From: Eimeria praecox
Lineage: Eukaryota
Direction: 5' to 3'
Length of the DNA: 64,000 nt
Assembly: GCA_963920595.1 (NCBI GenBank)
Contig: OY986946.1
Coordinates: 6,448,001 to 6,512,000, forward strand
Numbering within the stretch: position 1 is the stretch's first letter; each line of letters begins with the position of its first letter. Positions 39,580-52,337 of this stretch are shown here, piece after piece. A model generated the notes under the pieces. It saw only the letters and a list, made by a program, of their open reading frames with translations. It was not told the DNA's origin and ran no database searches. The position numbers and the translations under genes are program-made.

Positions 39580-42401
39580 TTTCCTGGTCTTCGAAAATAG
39601 TGGGATAAGGGAGAGAGCCCTCTCAGCACTGAACAGCACCCGGCGACACCACACACAACAAGCCATGAAATATGTACTAGCATGCAGTAATGTTCAGCAG
39701 AAAGAATTGAGGGAGCGGTATATGCAAGAATCATTAGGATCAGACATCGGGTATGTTAGTCCCGCTGCGCTCGGGCCCTCAGACTGGTTCGCTGTTTCAC
39801 ACTCTGATGCTTCTCAACGATCCTTTTCACCACTACAGCCTTCCCAGTGCTTTTCTACATTCATAAATCTATTCAAAAAGCACATGAAGAAGCCAGAGAA
39901 ACAACACTTCAGCAGTCTCACCGGACTGAATTCAGCGAGCTGAAGGTGCCGTCGGCCCCTGTGGTTGAATGGTCTCGGCGAGGACGGACAGTTATTTCTG
40001 CTGAAGAACACACCGACGAGAAGAAGGCGAAAGATGGGAATTGACAGCAGGAGTAATGACACTGGCAAAGATGTTTGGGTGCTTACGCGCTAGCCAGAGT
40101 TAAGCCTAGACCGATCGGGAATAGTGGGCTAAGCCTGCTGTAGTGCCGACTGACCCGAGACAGGTGAACAACAGAGGAAGGTATAATGGGGTGTAAATCG
40201 TCACTAAAAGAACGCTGTATGGTATATTTGAGTTCAGAAGTTAATGGTGCAGCAAGGAGGAGCCTTGATAGGAAATGCAGCCGCCTATCGGCTGCGCCTT
40301 CGAACCCGGCCTGCGCAGCGATGCAAGGCCGGCTAGCCGCCATGTATTGTCCCTGTGTGCTCCCTGGAGGCGCTCTAAATCTACTTAGTATACCCTTTCC
40401 CCAATTCATAATTAAGAAACTCCCTTCTGGATTAAAATACAAAGGCTTTACTGCACAGACAGTTGCAACACCTTGCCTATTCGTCGACAAGCTCATGTAC
40501 AAGCAGTCGAGTCTCGACGAAGCACCTCCATACATGCATCGTTAATAATAGCGTAGGCTTACCCGTCTGTATTGCCATGTTTTGAAATATCCTTTAGAAA
40601 TATGAGGAATCATGACTGAGACCCAGGTGTAGCAGCACACTTGCCGGCAAACTCTATCCGGAGGAACCGCCGACCAATCGAGACGCTGGTGCACCTGCGT
40701 CGGTTTACCTTCTGACGTTTCCCTCACTGGGCTTGCCTTTGTCTACTTCTAGATCGCAGTTGTTCAGCAATATACGCGAATTCTCCTTAGTCAATCTGTT
40801 GTTCGATGGGTAATCCCGTGAAAAAAGGAACCAAAAGCTATCTCATACGGTAGGCGGTGCTGCGCACTCCGCCGCTGCATTTGACCGGTAACTAAACATC
40901 GGATTCTTTGCTCTTGAATTAAGACAGTTTTTTCTTGTTTAGGGTAACTAAGCCTGTAGTTTACTCAAGAGTCGTCTAAAGAGAGTGGGGACTGCATATA
41001 CTGCAGTTTCGCGCGCATTGCATACGCCAACACTGTAGACAACATGTTAATCTCTGCATCAAAAGCGGGCTTTAGTACCGAAGCCCGTGGGGTTACATCG
41101 CAGGAGGAGTTGCATCAACGTGCGATCCAACGCATTGCAGACGCTACCCACTTGGCAACAGCGACAGACAGGCCCTTGGATTCATGTGCTCCGGTTACCT
41201 GGTGGCTGGAGGGGAGTTTAAAAGTGACACGTGAGAGCTCGTAACCTTAGTGATTTGACTCTATCTCACGACGGCCCTTGGCCAAGGCCGTGGACCCTCG
41301 TTACAGTTACGATGTCTCTTTTGCGTCGGATACGCATTAGCGATTTACAGTCGTACCAAGCATTCAGTTGGAAGAACAGTTATGACGAACCATGAGGGCG
41401 AAAGGCGGCGCCACGTGCTACAGCTCCGCCTCAGCCTCCGTAAAGCTGCTGTCGAACATGAGCGTTTCTCTGGTTTGAAAGAAGAGCTGTCAGGTTCATT
41501 GGGGTCCATCTGGGAGATACGTAAGGGGCCAGGTGTTCGACCTGTCTTGGAGCAGGCTCCCTAGGTACATGGGAGTGAAAAATATGGTGAAGCCGCAGCA
41601 GCAACTACTTTTTAAGCTTCCACGCTTTAACAAGCTTCGCCTGCCCGTTGCTGTCGGTGCTGCTGGTGCCACTGTTCCAGCCTAAATTCGCTAGTTGTTG
41701 GCTTACGGTGGGCTCGTGCCGGCAGCAGTAAAATACGCACCCTGTTCATACAGTAGCATATAGCGGAAACCAGCGCGGACTGCGAACGCAATGGCAACGC
41801 ACGCCATTTACGCAGAGAGTCTGTCCTAGCGAAAGATATGAAGTTTCTAGGCCAGTGACGAGGTCACTGACCCTGCTGCAGGCGCTGCTGCAGTGCAGCG
41901 AGCAATGTAGCTCCCTCCCTGGAGCGGAAGGAGCGCTATCTGCTCGCAGGCAATAGCGTCTGCAGACAGGATAGCAGAGGCAATGGTGCGGGCACACTGA
42001 AACAGACAAGAGCATACGTAAGCAAGCAAGCAGCGTAGCTGCGACAGAAAGAATCAGTGATTGAAAGACAGAGGTAGAGGAACATGAATGCGGTTATGCA
42101 GCAGATAAACTGAGCTGGAAACAAAGAAAGCATCAAACACAGCGGTAGCTGGCAGTCCGAAAGGCTCGTGACGGAAGAAGATGGCTCGCAATTTGCAAAG
42201 AAACAGGATCCATGCAAATGAGCAGATAAGTAACGAAGCTGAGGCAGAATAGACAGAAACGGGGCGGCTGCCAAGGGAGTTCAAAGGCAAGCATGCCACC
42301 AAAAAGGTTTGCCAGCGGCTACAGGAGAGGGACACAGCCAGCATTGTTGTGAGCTTCAGGTGGGCGGATCCGCCGGCAGTTGCCGCTTCTGTGCAGCTTG
42401 T

Positions 42402-45400
42402 CTAGGCATCTTTTTGCATGGCTGCGGGCGGCTCCTTGCTTTCCGTTTCTACCCTTTTAAACAGAAGAAGATAGGCCTGGCGGCTGTCGCAGCTCTGCAG
42501 CTTTGTCACTTTCTCATCGTTGTACTGCAGCCAGCCACTCCCGTCTTTGCTGCGTACGTGGCAGATGTAGTGACCCCCGGAGACGCTCGACCCCAGATGA
42601 GAAACAAACGCAAACAAACGATACTTCCCACAGCCATCTTCCAGGCCCAATCGACACCGCTCCAAAGGAGACAATCCTGCTGCCGCAGCCTCCAGGGCCT
42701 GTTTCTCTTGAGCCTCTGCCTCCCGCGCTTCTTCTGCTGCTGCTGCTGCCGCCGCCGCCGCAGCTGCAGCTGCAAGCGCTTCCTCCACTGCAGCAGCAAG
42801 GCCAGAGCCCTGAGACAGCAGCCAATCTGCAGCACGCCCAGCGTCAAACGGCCCCCCTTCTGTGGCGATGCCTCCCGAACTCGTCTGTCCTCTAGTTGCA
42901 AAGAACGCTGCACGTACACTCCGCTCATCAAAGCCCAGAGCCATCAGATTAGCCACGGCTTCTGCGTCCGGTTGGTCCTTTGCATCTGCTGCTGCGGCGC
43001 CTCCTGCTGCTTCTGCTGCCCCTGATGCAGATGCAGCAGCAGGAGCAGGGATAGGATCATTGAGATCCGGGTCGTCCAAGTGGCCCATCAGCCACTCCAC
43101 GCAGCTCTCAGCAGCAGCGCCCCCAGTAGCACGAAGAGCCCGTCTGCAATTCGTCAAATGCACAATTGAAAAAACAAGCGTTTTGTTCTGAGTCTCACTC
43201 TGTCATTTTCTATGACTCTCTTCGTGCGTCTTTGGCTCTTGCATTGTTCAGCCTCTACCTGCTGGTTTCGGCTCCAGCTCTCTGCGTTACCGATTCCTCT
43301 GTCTGATTTGTCCCTAATCCCCCTTCTGTCTGTCTCTACCGCTAGCTATTCTTGTCCTTGCCCTCCGCATGCCTATTTCTCTCCTATTTGCAAGCTGTGA
43401 TTTTTCTGTCACATGCATCTCTTACTTAGCTGCGTTGCTTGAGAATCCCATCGACTCCAACGTAGCGACAACCTCGTCGTTCGCTGCAGCTTGAGCTGCT
43501 GCAGCTGCTGTCCCGGAATTGTTCCCCTGTTGCTGCTGCTGCTGTGGCTGAGGCGGTTCATCGGGCAGCTCCCGCTCCTCTGGCTGAAGGCCTGAAGCCC
43601 GAAGCTCCTCAAACGACACCTCCTCAGGGATCTGCTCAGGCACCGTAAACCCCAACCCCTTGTCCCCAATTCTAAAACCTGTTTCGTGAATCGGCGTCAG
43701 TGAAGCCCAGAAGATGATGCACCTCCAAACCCTAAACCCTAAAGACCGAACCCTAAACCCTACTATACCTCGACAGAGCATTTGAGTTTCTTTGGAATCC
43801 ATCTGTCACTAATGTAGAAACGCTTCAGGAAGACGAGAAGATACTCTGGGTAGTTGGTAAGTCGGAGCGTCTTTTCGGCGTCGCCTTTAGCACCCGTGGC
43901 AGGAGAAAGATAATCGTTGACTGCAGCAGCGGCAGCAGCAGCTGAGATGCAGCTGGAAAGGGGCACCGATGGGGCAGCAGGGGCCACGGGCTCCTCAGTC
44001 TCGCAGTGCTGAAGGCACAGACAAGTGCAAACGCCAACACTGAAGAGCTGAGAAGCTGAGGCTACAAGTACAGCACTGCACGCGAAATACCGTAAAGCGG
44101 CAGAAAAGCGCACTGACACAGATATTGAAGTGGAATTCTTCACAGAAGTGCACACAACAGAGACGACAGCATCAAAGGATGGATCGAGTTGAATGCAGCA
44201 GAAACAGAGCAGAGAAATGAACAGCAAGGCCCGGCCCCCCTTGCCTACTGTCTCGGTTGTGTCCCCTCCGGTTTCCGCCCCTGTGTCCGACTCTGTTGGC
44301 GTTCCCTCTGCTCCCTTTCTCCTCTTTTGTTGCCGTTGCTGCTCTTGCTGCTGCTCCTCCTCCTCTTGCTGCACATGCAGGGGGATTGGCAGCGCCAGAA
44401 CCTGCTGTCGGCTGTACGTGTACCGTACTTGCCGCGATTGTAGACACTCCAGTCGTTGTTCTACCTTCAGTACGCATGCGCATGCGCAGCACCAACAGCA
44501 ACAGGGGCATCAGCAAGAGCAACTGAGGGCGCATATACACCCGAGACAGCGATCACCTTCTACCAACACCGGCAGGCGCAGCAACAGAATGTGCAGCAGC
44601 GGCACCAGCATCAACAGCAGGGGCATGCGCCTGACCCCGAAGGAGAACAGTGCATCAACTGCCCCCTCTCTGAGGACTTCCTCCGTCGCCTGTAGGCTAT
44701 CGTCCGTCACACCCAGCGCAGCAGCAGCAGCCGCAACAGCGGAGCTCTCTCCCGACTGCAGCTGCTGCCTGAGTTGCTGCAGCTGCCTTCGGTCTCCAGC
44801 CTCTCTGTCGCCGATCCAAGAAAGAAGCAGAGACAAAAACTCTTCTGCAGCCACACCAGCAGCACCAGCCCGCCCGTTGCTCTACATCACGAGGCACCGC
44901 CAATAGCACCCACAGCAAGGAAGCAGCATGATCAAAGACAGCAGCGCAATCAACAGTGGTAACTGAGGTGTTCTGACCCGCATCCTGCTGCCGACTCGTG
45001 GCGAATTCCGCATGCAAGGAGCCGATGATGGCGCGCAGAGACAGAGGAGAAACTGCGTCATGAGCTAAGTAAGGAAGATCTGCAGCAGCAACAGCAACAG
45101 CAACCGTAGCAGCAAAAGCGCCATCCGCCATGAAAGGAATACTGCTAGTCCGCAGCAGCTAACAACTTCGGTTCAGTTGCAAGTGCAGCAGTAGCTGCTT
45201 CTGGTACTGCATAAACATGCAGATGTACTCAGACCACGTCCCTCAAATACTAGTGGTGGTGGAGGCATTATTTGCAAAAGCATACCGCTGATAAGCTGTT
45301 TCTCCTCGATTTGGATGTCCTGCTGCTGCAGCACCCTCTGCAGCAGCACTAGCCCCAATGCCTTTTGCATGCACACTCGCCGTGTCTGCAGCGCCACAGA

Positions 45401-47714
45401 GAGAGCGCCCAACTGCAACGAAAGACACTTCGCCGGACCTCCTCCTGCTGCTGCTGCTGCTGCTGACGGCAGGCCTTGGCAACAAATCAGCGGCTCATAC
45501 ATCCGCAGGAATTTCTCACAAAAGCGGGGCACGCTGAACAAAGCCTAGAAGCAAACACAAACAATCATAACCTCAATACCCTAAACCCTCATCATTGCAG
45601 AGCCCTTGGCCGTCCAGCTCCATTTCCTAAGGCGCCTACCTGCAGCACGGCGTTAACGTAGCAGGTGTTACCCAGGTTTCTCAGACCAACAAAGCCCGCT
45701 CCTTTTTGCTGCTGCTGCTGCTGCTCTGATGCAGAAGCAGTTAAAGAAGCCCAGTCATACTTGCAGTTTAAGTCGATCGCTAACTCGTTGGTGCTGCGCT
45801 CTGTCTTGCGTAGCTGAAGCCACACGCAGCCAGCAGCAGCAGCAGCACCTCGGTGGCAAGCAGAAGACCTACGGGGAACAGCGCCTGCTGCAGCTTATAT
45901 GGGAGCATCAGCAGCAGCAAGACCAGCAATAGCAACACCAGCTGCACCAGTTCCTGCAGCCTTCTTCCCCGCTAATTACCATCCTCCCCACCGGCAGGAA
46001 CACCACCCCATCAGCAGCCAGACGCCAGCAATAGCAGCAGCAGCAGCAGCAGAGCAACAGACGGTGATGGGGCTGTTACCTGTTGTGTCTCTATGCCAAA
46101 TCTCGCAAGGTGTTCAGGAAGTTTGGGATCGATAACTGTGCTGTCTTCGTCAGGGGCGTAAGAAAATACGTCAGCTGAATCAGCAGATATCGTTCCTAAC
46201 TTGACAATAAGGGGGTAGATCGAGCCTGTCTCCTAAAAATGAACACAAGCAACGAACCACACCAACAAATGCTGCTTTCGGATAAGACAAAAGAACGGAA
46301 ACCCTACACAGACAGCAAGGCAAGAAGAAGACGGCTTCTACGTCTGTGCATGATACAAGACAAGTACCCGCATGTTGACACATACAAAAGAATATGGGAT
46401 GCACATGATGCCATAGAAGCAGCATCGCCCCATGGATGTGCAAAGAAAACACAAGTGCGCAGCGAGAGGGGGGGCCGGCAACGCACAAGGGAAAGGGTGA
46501 AGAGAGCAGCACAGCAACAGCACAGGAACGAATTAGACACAAGAACAGAAGACGAGCAAATAGACAAGAAATAGAAGGACAGAAAACCAGCGATCCAGCA
46601 GCAACAACTGCAGCGGGAGAAGCACCTTGTAGTGCCTAATGGCAGCTCCCTCGCGCCCATCCGCACACCCTCCGCCAGCTCCATACAGCTTCCGCCCACA
46701 GCCAATGAACCTGCAGCAACGAAAGCGGCAGCAAGCTCATACGTTGCATGCACAGCATCAGCATCAGCAGCGTTGACACGCGAGGCAGGAGATGCAGTGA
46801 AACAGCAGCAGCTACAATAGCAAGTGCAGCAGCAAAAACTCAAGCAGCAACAACAAGGCACAAACCCCTCACCCGTCTGAAAGGTTGAGCCACAGATTAG
46901 TTGAGGCACCGCAGTCTGCACACTTCCAATTAGAAGGAGAAATCTTTGGCGGGTTTTCCACCACTGGCAAATCCTCCGCGTACTTGCTCGGCTGTACATA
47001 CACCCCAGGGCGTCCATGAGCGCACAAAGCAAACAACAACAACCACAGGGACAGATCAACCCTCAACACCGCGCTGAACACTCCCCTTGGCATGAAGGAA
47101 GCACCAGAAGCCACAGGAGCAGAGGCAAACAACAGAAGATAACCCAGCAAAGCAGCAGCCGAAATCCTAGTGACACATTCAGAACCAACAATCGCCTGCA
47201 GCAGCGCCAGCCCCACACAGACAGAGCAGCAGGAGTGCCAGTAGCAGCAGCAGAGACAAGACTCACAAGAATCTCTTCAACCCAGGCAGCAGATGGAGCA
47301 GAATCAGCCACAGTGTGCTTCGTCTCTGCAAGGTGTTTCGCTGCTGCAGCAACAGCAGCAGGAACGTCGGGGTCATCTAGCGGAAGAAAGGCCAGCTGCT
47401 GCAGCAGCTGCTCCTGATACTGCTGCAGCAGCGTCATGTCGCTCCGCCACTGCTGCTGTTGCTCCTGCCCCTCCTCATCCACCTCTGCACGTTTCTGCTG
47501 CTGCTGCTTGATGCTGCTGCTGCGGTAGATATCCGCCAGACCTCTAGCCACAGCAGCAGTTGCAGCTGTGCTTGCTGCGGTGTACACACACAGGCGGTAG
47601 GATATCGTCGGCTCCACCGCAGCGAAATTCCCAGACGGGTCGATCATGTCGCCATCTGCGCTAAACCTGCAGCAGAAGCAGCAGAAGCAGCAGAAGCAGC
47701 AGAGACAAAAGAAT

Positions 47715-47748
<34 letters not shown>

Positions 47749-48250
47749 GTTAGCAGTAGCAGCGGACTACCACCAGCAGTAAGGACGGCAGGAGCACCGA
47801 GAAGAGAGGAAGAGGGAGCAGCAACGGAAGCAACAGCAGCAAAAGAAACAGCAAGAGCNNNNNNNNNNNNNNNNNNNNNNNNNNNNNNNNNNNNNNNNNN
47901 NNNNNNNNNNNNNNNNNNNNNNNNNNNNNNNNNNNNNNNNNNNNNNNNNNNNNNNNNNNNNNNNNNNNNNNNNNNNNNNNNNNNNNNNNNNNNNNNNNNN
48001 NNNNNNNNNNNNNNNNNNNNNNNNNNNNNNNNNNNNNNNNNNNNNNNNNNNNNNNNNNAGAAACAGCAAGAGCAGAAGTACTGTCTGCTGCAGCAGCAGC
48101 AACGACACCCATAGCAGCAGCAGAAGGAACAGCTGCGGTACAACAAAGCAGGGAGCCTGCTGCGCTCCGCGTGTCCCCTCTGCGCTGCAGCAGCAGCAGC
48201 AGCACCCGAAGCAGCAGCAGATGGAGCTCTGCCTCTGCAGCAACTGTTAT

Positions 48251-48281
<31 letters not shown>

Positions 48282-49244
48282 TGATAGGGTTTACATACCC
48301 GCCTTCAACAGCAATAGCCATTTTGGTTGGTTTGTTTGCCCTCCCCGCAGCACTGTCGTCTGCTGTTGCTTCATCTTGTGCTTGCTTTCTTTTGTTATTT
48401 GCTGTTGTTGCGTTTAGTTCATGAACGTTGGAACTGAGGTGTACGTACACCCGAGAACCGCTAAGGGCAGAGTCCACAGGGAGCGACTCGAGCGAAACAG
48501 AAAGAAAAGTCTTCAAGTTAATAAAGAGGCCAAATGGCCCATGTACCATGTCCAGCCTATCAAATAAAAACAAAGAAGAAGAGAAGAATTGTTATAGTCG
48601 TATATTAACTTAGACAGATACACAGATAGAAAGAAATACGTACAACAGAGACAGAAACAGACAACATCAGAGGAAAGCGAGAAAGAAAGAAAAACACCGA
48701 CACATGGAGGAGACCTCCGCAGACACACAAAATAAAAAATAAAGACAAACGAAGGAGGGGCAACGCAGGTAGAAACAAAGAAGTGGAGTTGTCGACGAAG
48801 GAAGAGATAGAGGCAGCGGAGGAGACAAAGGGACAAAGAAGTCAAACCCGATACACACGCTGTACCGCCGCCGTGTTGCTATTAGCGGGGAGAGGGGGGG
48901 GGCCCACGCTAGGGATAGAAAAACAAGAAAACAAGAAACAAATCTGTGGTGATAAGGAATGAGCTACGTGCTGCTGGTCTGTCTGTTGCTGCTGTTGCTG
49001 CACCTTCAAAATTCTGGTGATTTGCTGCTGCCCCTTCACAAGGTAATCTACTCCTACTCTTGCTGCTGGTGGGGCTGCTGCTGGTAGTGTTGTTTGCTGA
49101 TTTCTGCGGTGCATGCACGTACGAGTAGTCGCTGCACTGTTTGTTAATCTTCCCTGGGGTTGTGGTTCCTGCTGTTGCTGCTGCTTGCTGTAGAACAGCA
49201 AGCGCTGCAGCGCGCTGTTCCCCTTGCACCAATTTTATCTCCAT
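42402..49244 (-). CDS. USP5: Ubiquitin carboxyl-terminal hydrolase, USP5/USP13/UBP14 (isopeptidase T) orthologue; multi-exon
   Basis: N-terminal GLFINLKTF..RVYVHL..PTKMAIAVEGG (48560-48297); ZnF-UBP WKCADCGASTNLWLNLSDG (~46930-46875); Cys box GLRNLGNTCYVNAVLQ (~45690-45640); FATSRQQDA; YPEYLLVFLKRF..W.PKKL; two UBA domains (LESMGFSSNAA, LMALGFDERS); His box SHLGSSVSGGHYICHV..WLQYNDEKV; stop 42402. Confidence 0.95.
43727..43761. repeat. Interstitial telomere-like (AAACCCT)n heptamers in a USP5 intron
   Basis: AAACCCT AAACCCT AAAGACC GAACCCT AAACCCT; shorter copies near 45579, 52218, 60015 and 63956. Confidence 0.85.
47859..48058. other. Assembly gap (200 N) within a USP5 intron
   Basis: Run of N from 47859 to 48058. 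Confidence 1.
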
Positions 49245-49950
49245 TTTTTCGCTGCTGCTGCTGCGGCGGCTTCCAGGCAGCAGAGTTGCTGCTGCTGCTG
49301 CGGCTACCAGGGCCGCCGACTGCTCCTGCTGCTGCTGTGCCGTTGCTGTTGGGCTACTTCTGCTGCGCTCTTGCTGCTGAGGACATGCACAGAGAGAAGC
49401 ATCAATAAAAATATCAGTACAACATCAACAGCAGAGTATGCATGACAGGAACAGCAACAACTCCGTAGCTGCAGAGCTTGTCAGTGTGTAGTCCGGTACC
49501 TGAAGGCTGTTATGGGGCCTCTTTGTTGTTTTATTTTCTGCCCCTTTATCTATTCTTAAACATGAAACGAATGCAACAAGTATTGTGTGCTGCTGCTGCT
49601 GCCGTAGCAGCGCCACTGTCGGCCGTAGCCGTCAAGGGGGCCCCCATCTCCAGGGGCCCCCACTGGCTTGTTGGCCCGCGGCTGCAGAAGGAGGTTACAA
49701 AGAAAATCAAAAAAGAGTATTGAGTATTTCGAACACTTTGTAATTAGAGCACAATATTTGTGTCATGCATCGCTTCCTCATGTTGAGGTGTACGTACACC
49801 GTAGAAACGCCGCTGGTCGGTGTTCCTTCGGGATTGCACTGGCGTCTGTGGCATGTTCTTTTTGAATTTGAGATGTATATTTCTATTTGTGTGATTGTAT
49901 TTTAGCTATTGAAAGCCAATCAGTCATCTATCAAGTGCGTAGAGAGGTAG

Positions 49951-50705
49951 TGCATGCAGCGAAGGAGGGCTCGGGTTAGCTTGTATGGAGGGTTTGCTCT
50001 TGCCGTATTAGTTGAAGACATCTCTGTGTCTTGCACTATATGGCAAGCCGAAGCCTTATTCACTATCCCCAGGCGCTTAAGCCGATGTGCTGAAGATGCC
50101 TGGGCAGAGGGAAGCGGACTGACATCCTAAGGACTCTAGCACGATTGCCCCCACATATTATCTGCAGTTAAGATCGATATCTAACGTTACAGTGTCTGTT
50201 TGCATAGCTTTCCCCCCCCTCGCAGAACTAACGCCATTAGAAATGGCTGTCGCTCTCTCTGTCGCCTCTGTGCCCGTTCACCTCCCGTATACACCTGATT
50301 ACCTTGCATGCATGTATGCACCCTCTTCATCCCTGTCTCTTCGTGGCCTTCGTTTTACTGAGCAAACCCCTCCACGGAAAATGTAAGTGCCCCTCCCCCG
50401 CCAGAGAGTAACGTACTTATGCCTGTCTAGACACTTCTGCACGTGCTCCTTCCCACTACTCCCTTTCGAAACAATGCCAGTGTCTATGCATACACTCCAT
50501 GGCTGCTTTTGTTGCCTAGATAGAAGTACGGCATTCCACTACAAGTACAAGAATGCCTGTCTACACGTGTATGCACCCACAAGAACTCCACAGAGTTGTA
50601 CAAAAAAACAAGTCGACTTCATGCAAATCACGTGCATGCAGGCACCTGCTAGCAGGCATTACGTACACTCCACACGCAAATGCTTCTATGTAGGCTCCTG
50701 AATCT

Positions 50706-50778
<73 letters not shown>

Positions 50779-51061
50779 GACGTTTAAAGGTGCGCATACA
50801 CCTTAAAAGGTAAGTTGGTGTATGCTGTCGAAAGATACAAGTGCAGCACCAAACTCGCATCCAAGCGAGAGTAAATATTAAGTATAACTAGACACTACAT
50901 CTACAATTAGATGTACATGAGTAAGCTATATGTGCTAATCCTTTAGATAACAAAAACACCCAAATTTCTTCCATTGTTCCTACTTCAAGGACCCCATAGC
51001 AAAGCCCCAAAGGGAAGGACTTCAACACGCCGAGCCAAGTGGGGGCCCCACTGTGCATGCA
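49951..51061. promoter_or_regulatory. Cluster of TGCATGCA octamers upstream of USP5
   Basis: TGCATGCA at 49951, 50305, 50633 and 51054. This is a known apicomplexan ApiAP2-bound and Eimeria-enriched palindrome; function here is unproven. Confidence 0.45.
50709..50776. repeat. (TA)34 microsatellite
   Basis: Perfect TA dinucleotide run between the SRP14 3' end and the USP5 start. Confidence 0.98.
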
Positions 51062-51173
51062 AGAAACCTCAGACCTTCAGGAAGACATGAAACCTAAAGA
51101 GTAAATGAGCAAAGAATAGCTGAGAATAGCTGCAAACAACCCCCTCAGCATTTGTAGGGCCTGAACACGTATG

Positions 51174-51195
51174 CCCCCCCCCCCCCCCCCCCCCC
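51174..51195. repeat. C22 homopolymer
   Basis: 22 consecutive C, downstream of the SRP14 stop. Confidence 0.95.
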
Positions 51196-51378
51196 TTTAT
51201 AGAGGGTGGTATATTAAAGACCATATAGATATATATACAAGCACAACTCTAGTGCAAATTTGCTGCTGCTGCTGTTGGAAACAAATTGAGGCCCTGCTGC
51301 TGCTGCACTTGGCGAGAAATTCAGCTGCTGCTCCTATAGGCCTCTATCAACCCGCCGCAGCATCCATAAGCAGCGGCA

Positions 51379-52337
51379 CTACATTTCTCGCTTGAACAAG
51401 CTATTGCTCTTCTCGTGTTTCTTGCTCTTCTTCTTTTGAGACTGTTTCCGCTGCTGCTGCTGTTTCGGCTTCCCCTGGTTCTTCTTCTGCTGTTTTTCTT
51501 TAGCAGCCGCAGGGGATATAGGCTTCACTTTATCAATGTAGAGGCGCGAGGCCGCCATCAATTGTTGACTGAAGGCAGAAGCCCTTTCTCCTTGGACCTG
51601 TACACGCGCAAACCACATAGCAACATCATCAGCAGTATTTCTTGAAGTTTTATCAGGGGGAAGCATGCAATAGGTCTGCTCCTTCTAGTACACAAAGAAC
51701 ACACGCTAGAACGAACCCTTAAGGGTTTACAGGGTCTATTTAGATCTAGGTGTTGTTTGCAGCCAACAAACCTGGACAGATATCTTCTTCTTTCCATCCG
51801 TTGCTCGAACAAGACATACAGGCGTAGCCTCTGGCTTCTCCTCACAGCTTTCCAATTTGCGTCGCCGTTTGGCCCCCCGGGAACCTCCAACCTCAGGAAA
51901 CGCTGCGCATATTCGCAAGGGTTTACAGGTATAAACAGCTCTTTAATGAGCACAAAGTCTTGCATTTAGGGTCTGTACAAACCCTCAGAACCGTCAATAA
52001 CAAGGATACCCATACACTCCACGCGATCTACTCGTTAGAGATTCAAAGAAAGCAGATGTATTCGTTAATGAAAGCCCAACACACTTAACCTACGACCCTC
52101 CATAAAAATGAAAGCTGCATGATGTCGCGTTTCTCACGCGCTGATTACACTTCAATGATGAGAAAATAAACTTAATTTAGATTCAATTTACAGTTTGTAA
52201 TTAGCTCATGCTACAGTGTTTAGGGTTGACATACTCCTCTTGAACGTCACCCACACAGATCCGCTGTCCTTGTTCCTGCTGTCCTCGTAGAGGCGCCGCA
52301 GCGCCTCAAGGAACTCGGCTTCTCCAAGCAGTCCCAT
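51379..52337 (-). CDS. SRP14: Signal recognition particle 14 kDa subunit; 3 exons
   Basis: Exons 52337-52235, 51902-51772, 51597-51379. MGLLGEAEFLEALRRLYE...GSVWVTFKR and CLVRATDGKKKISVQV are hallmark SRP14 motifs; Lys-rich tail. Confidence 0.92.

Noticed and set aside
39700..41700. Small ORFs in the intergenic stretch
   Set aside because: No motifs or coherent exon chain; no tRNA or other RNA gene recognised.
42309..49445. Many long overlapping ORFs rich in Ala/Gln/Ser/Leu/Cys
   Set aside because: CAG/CTG repeats lack stops in all frames; only the USP5 exons carry conserved motifs.
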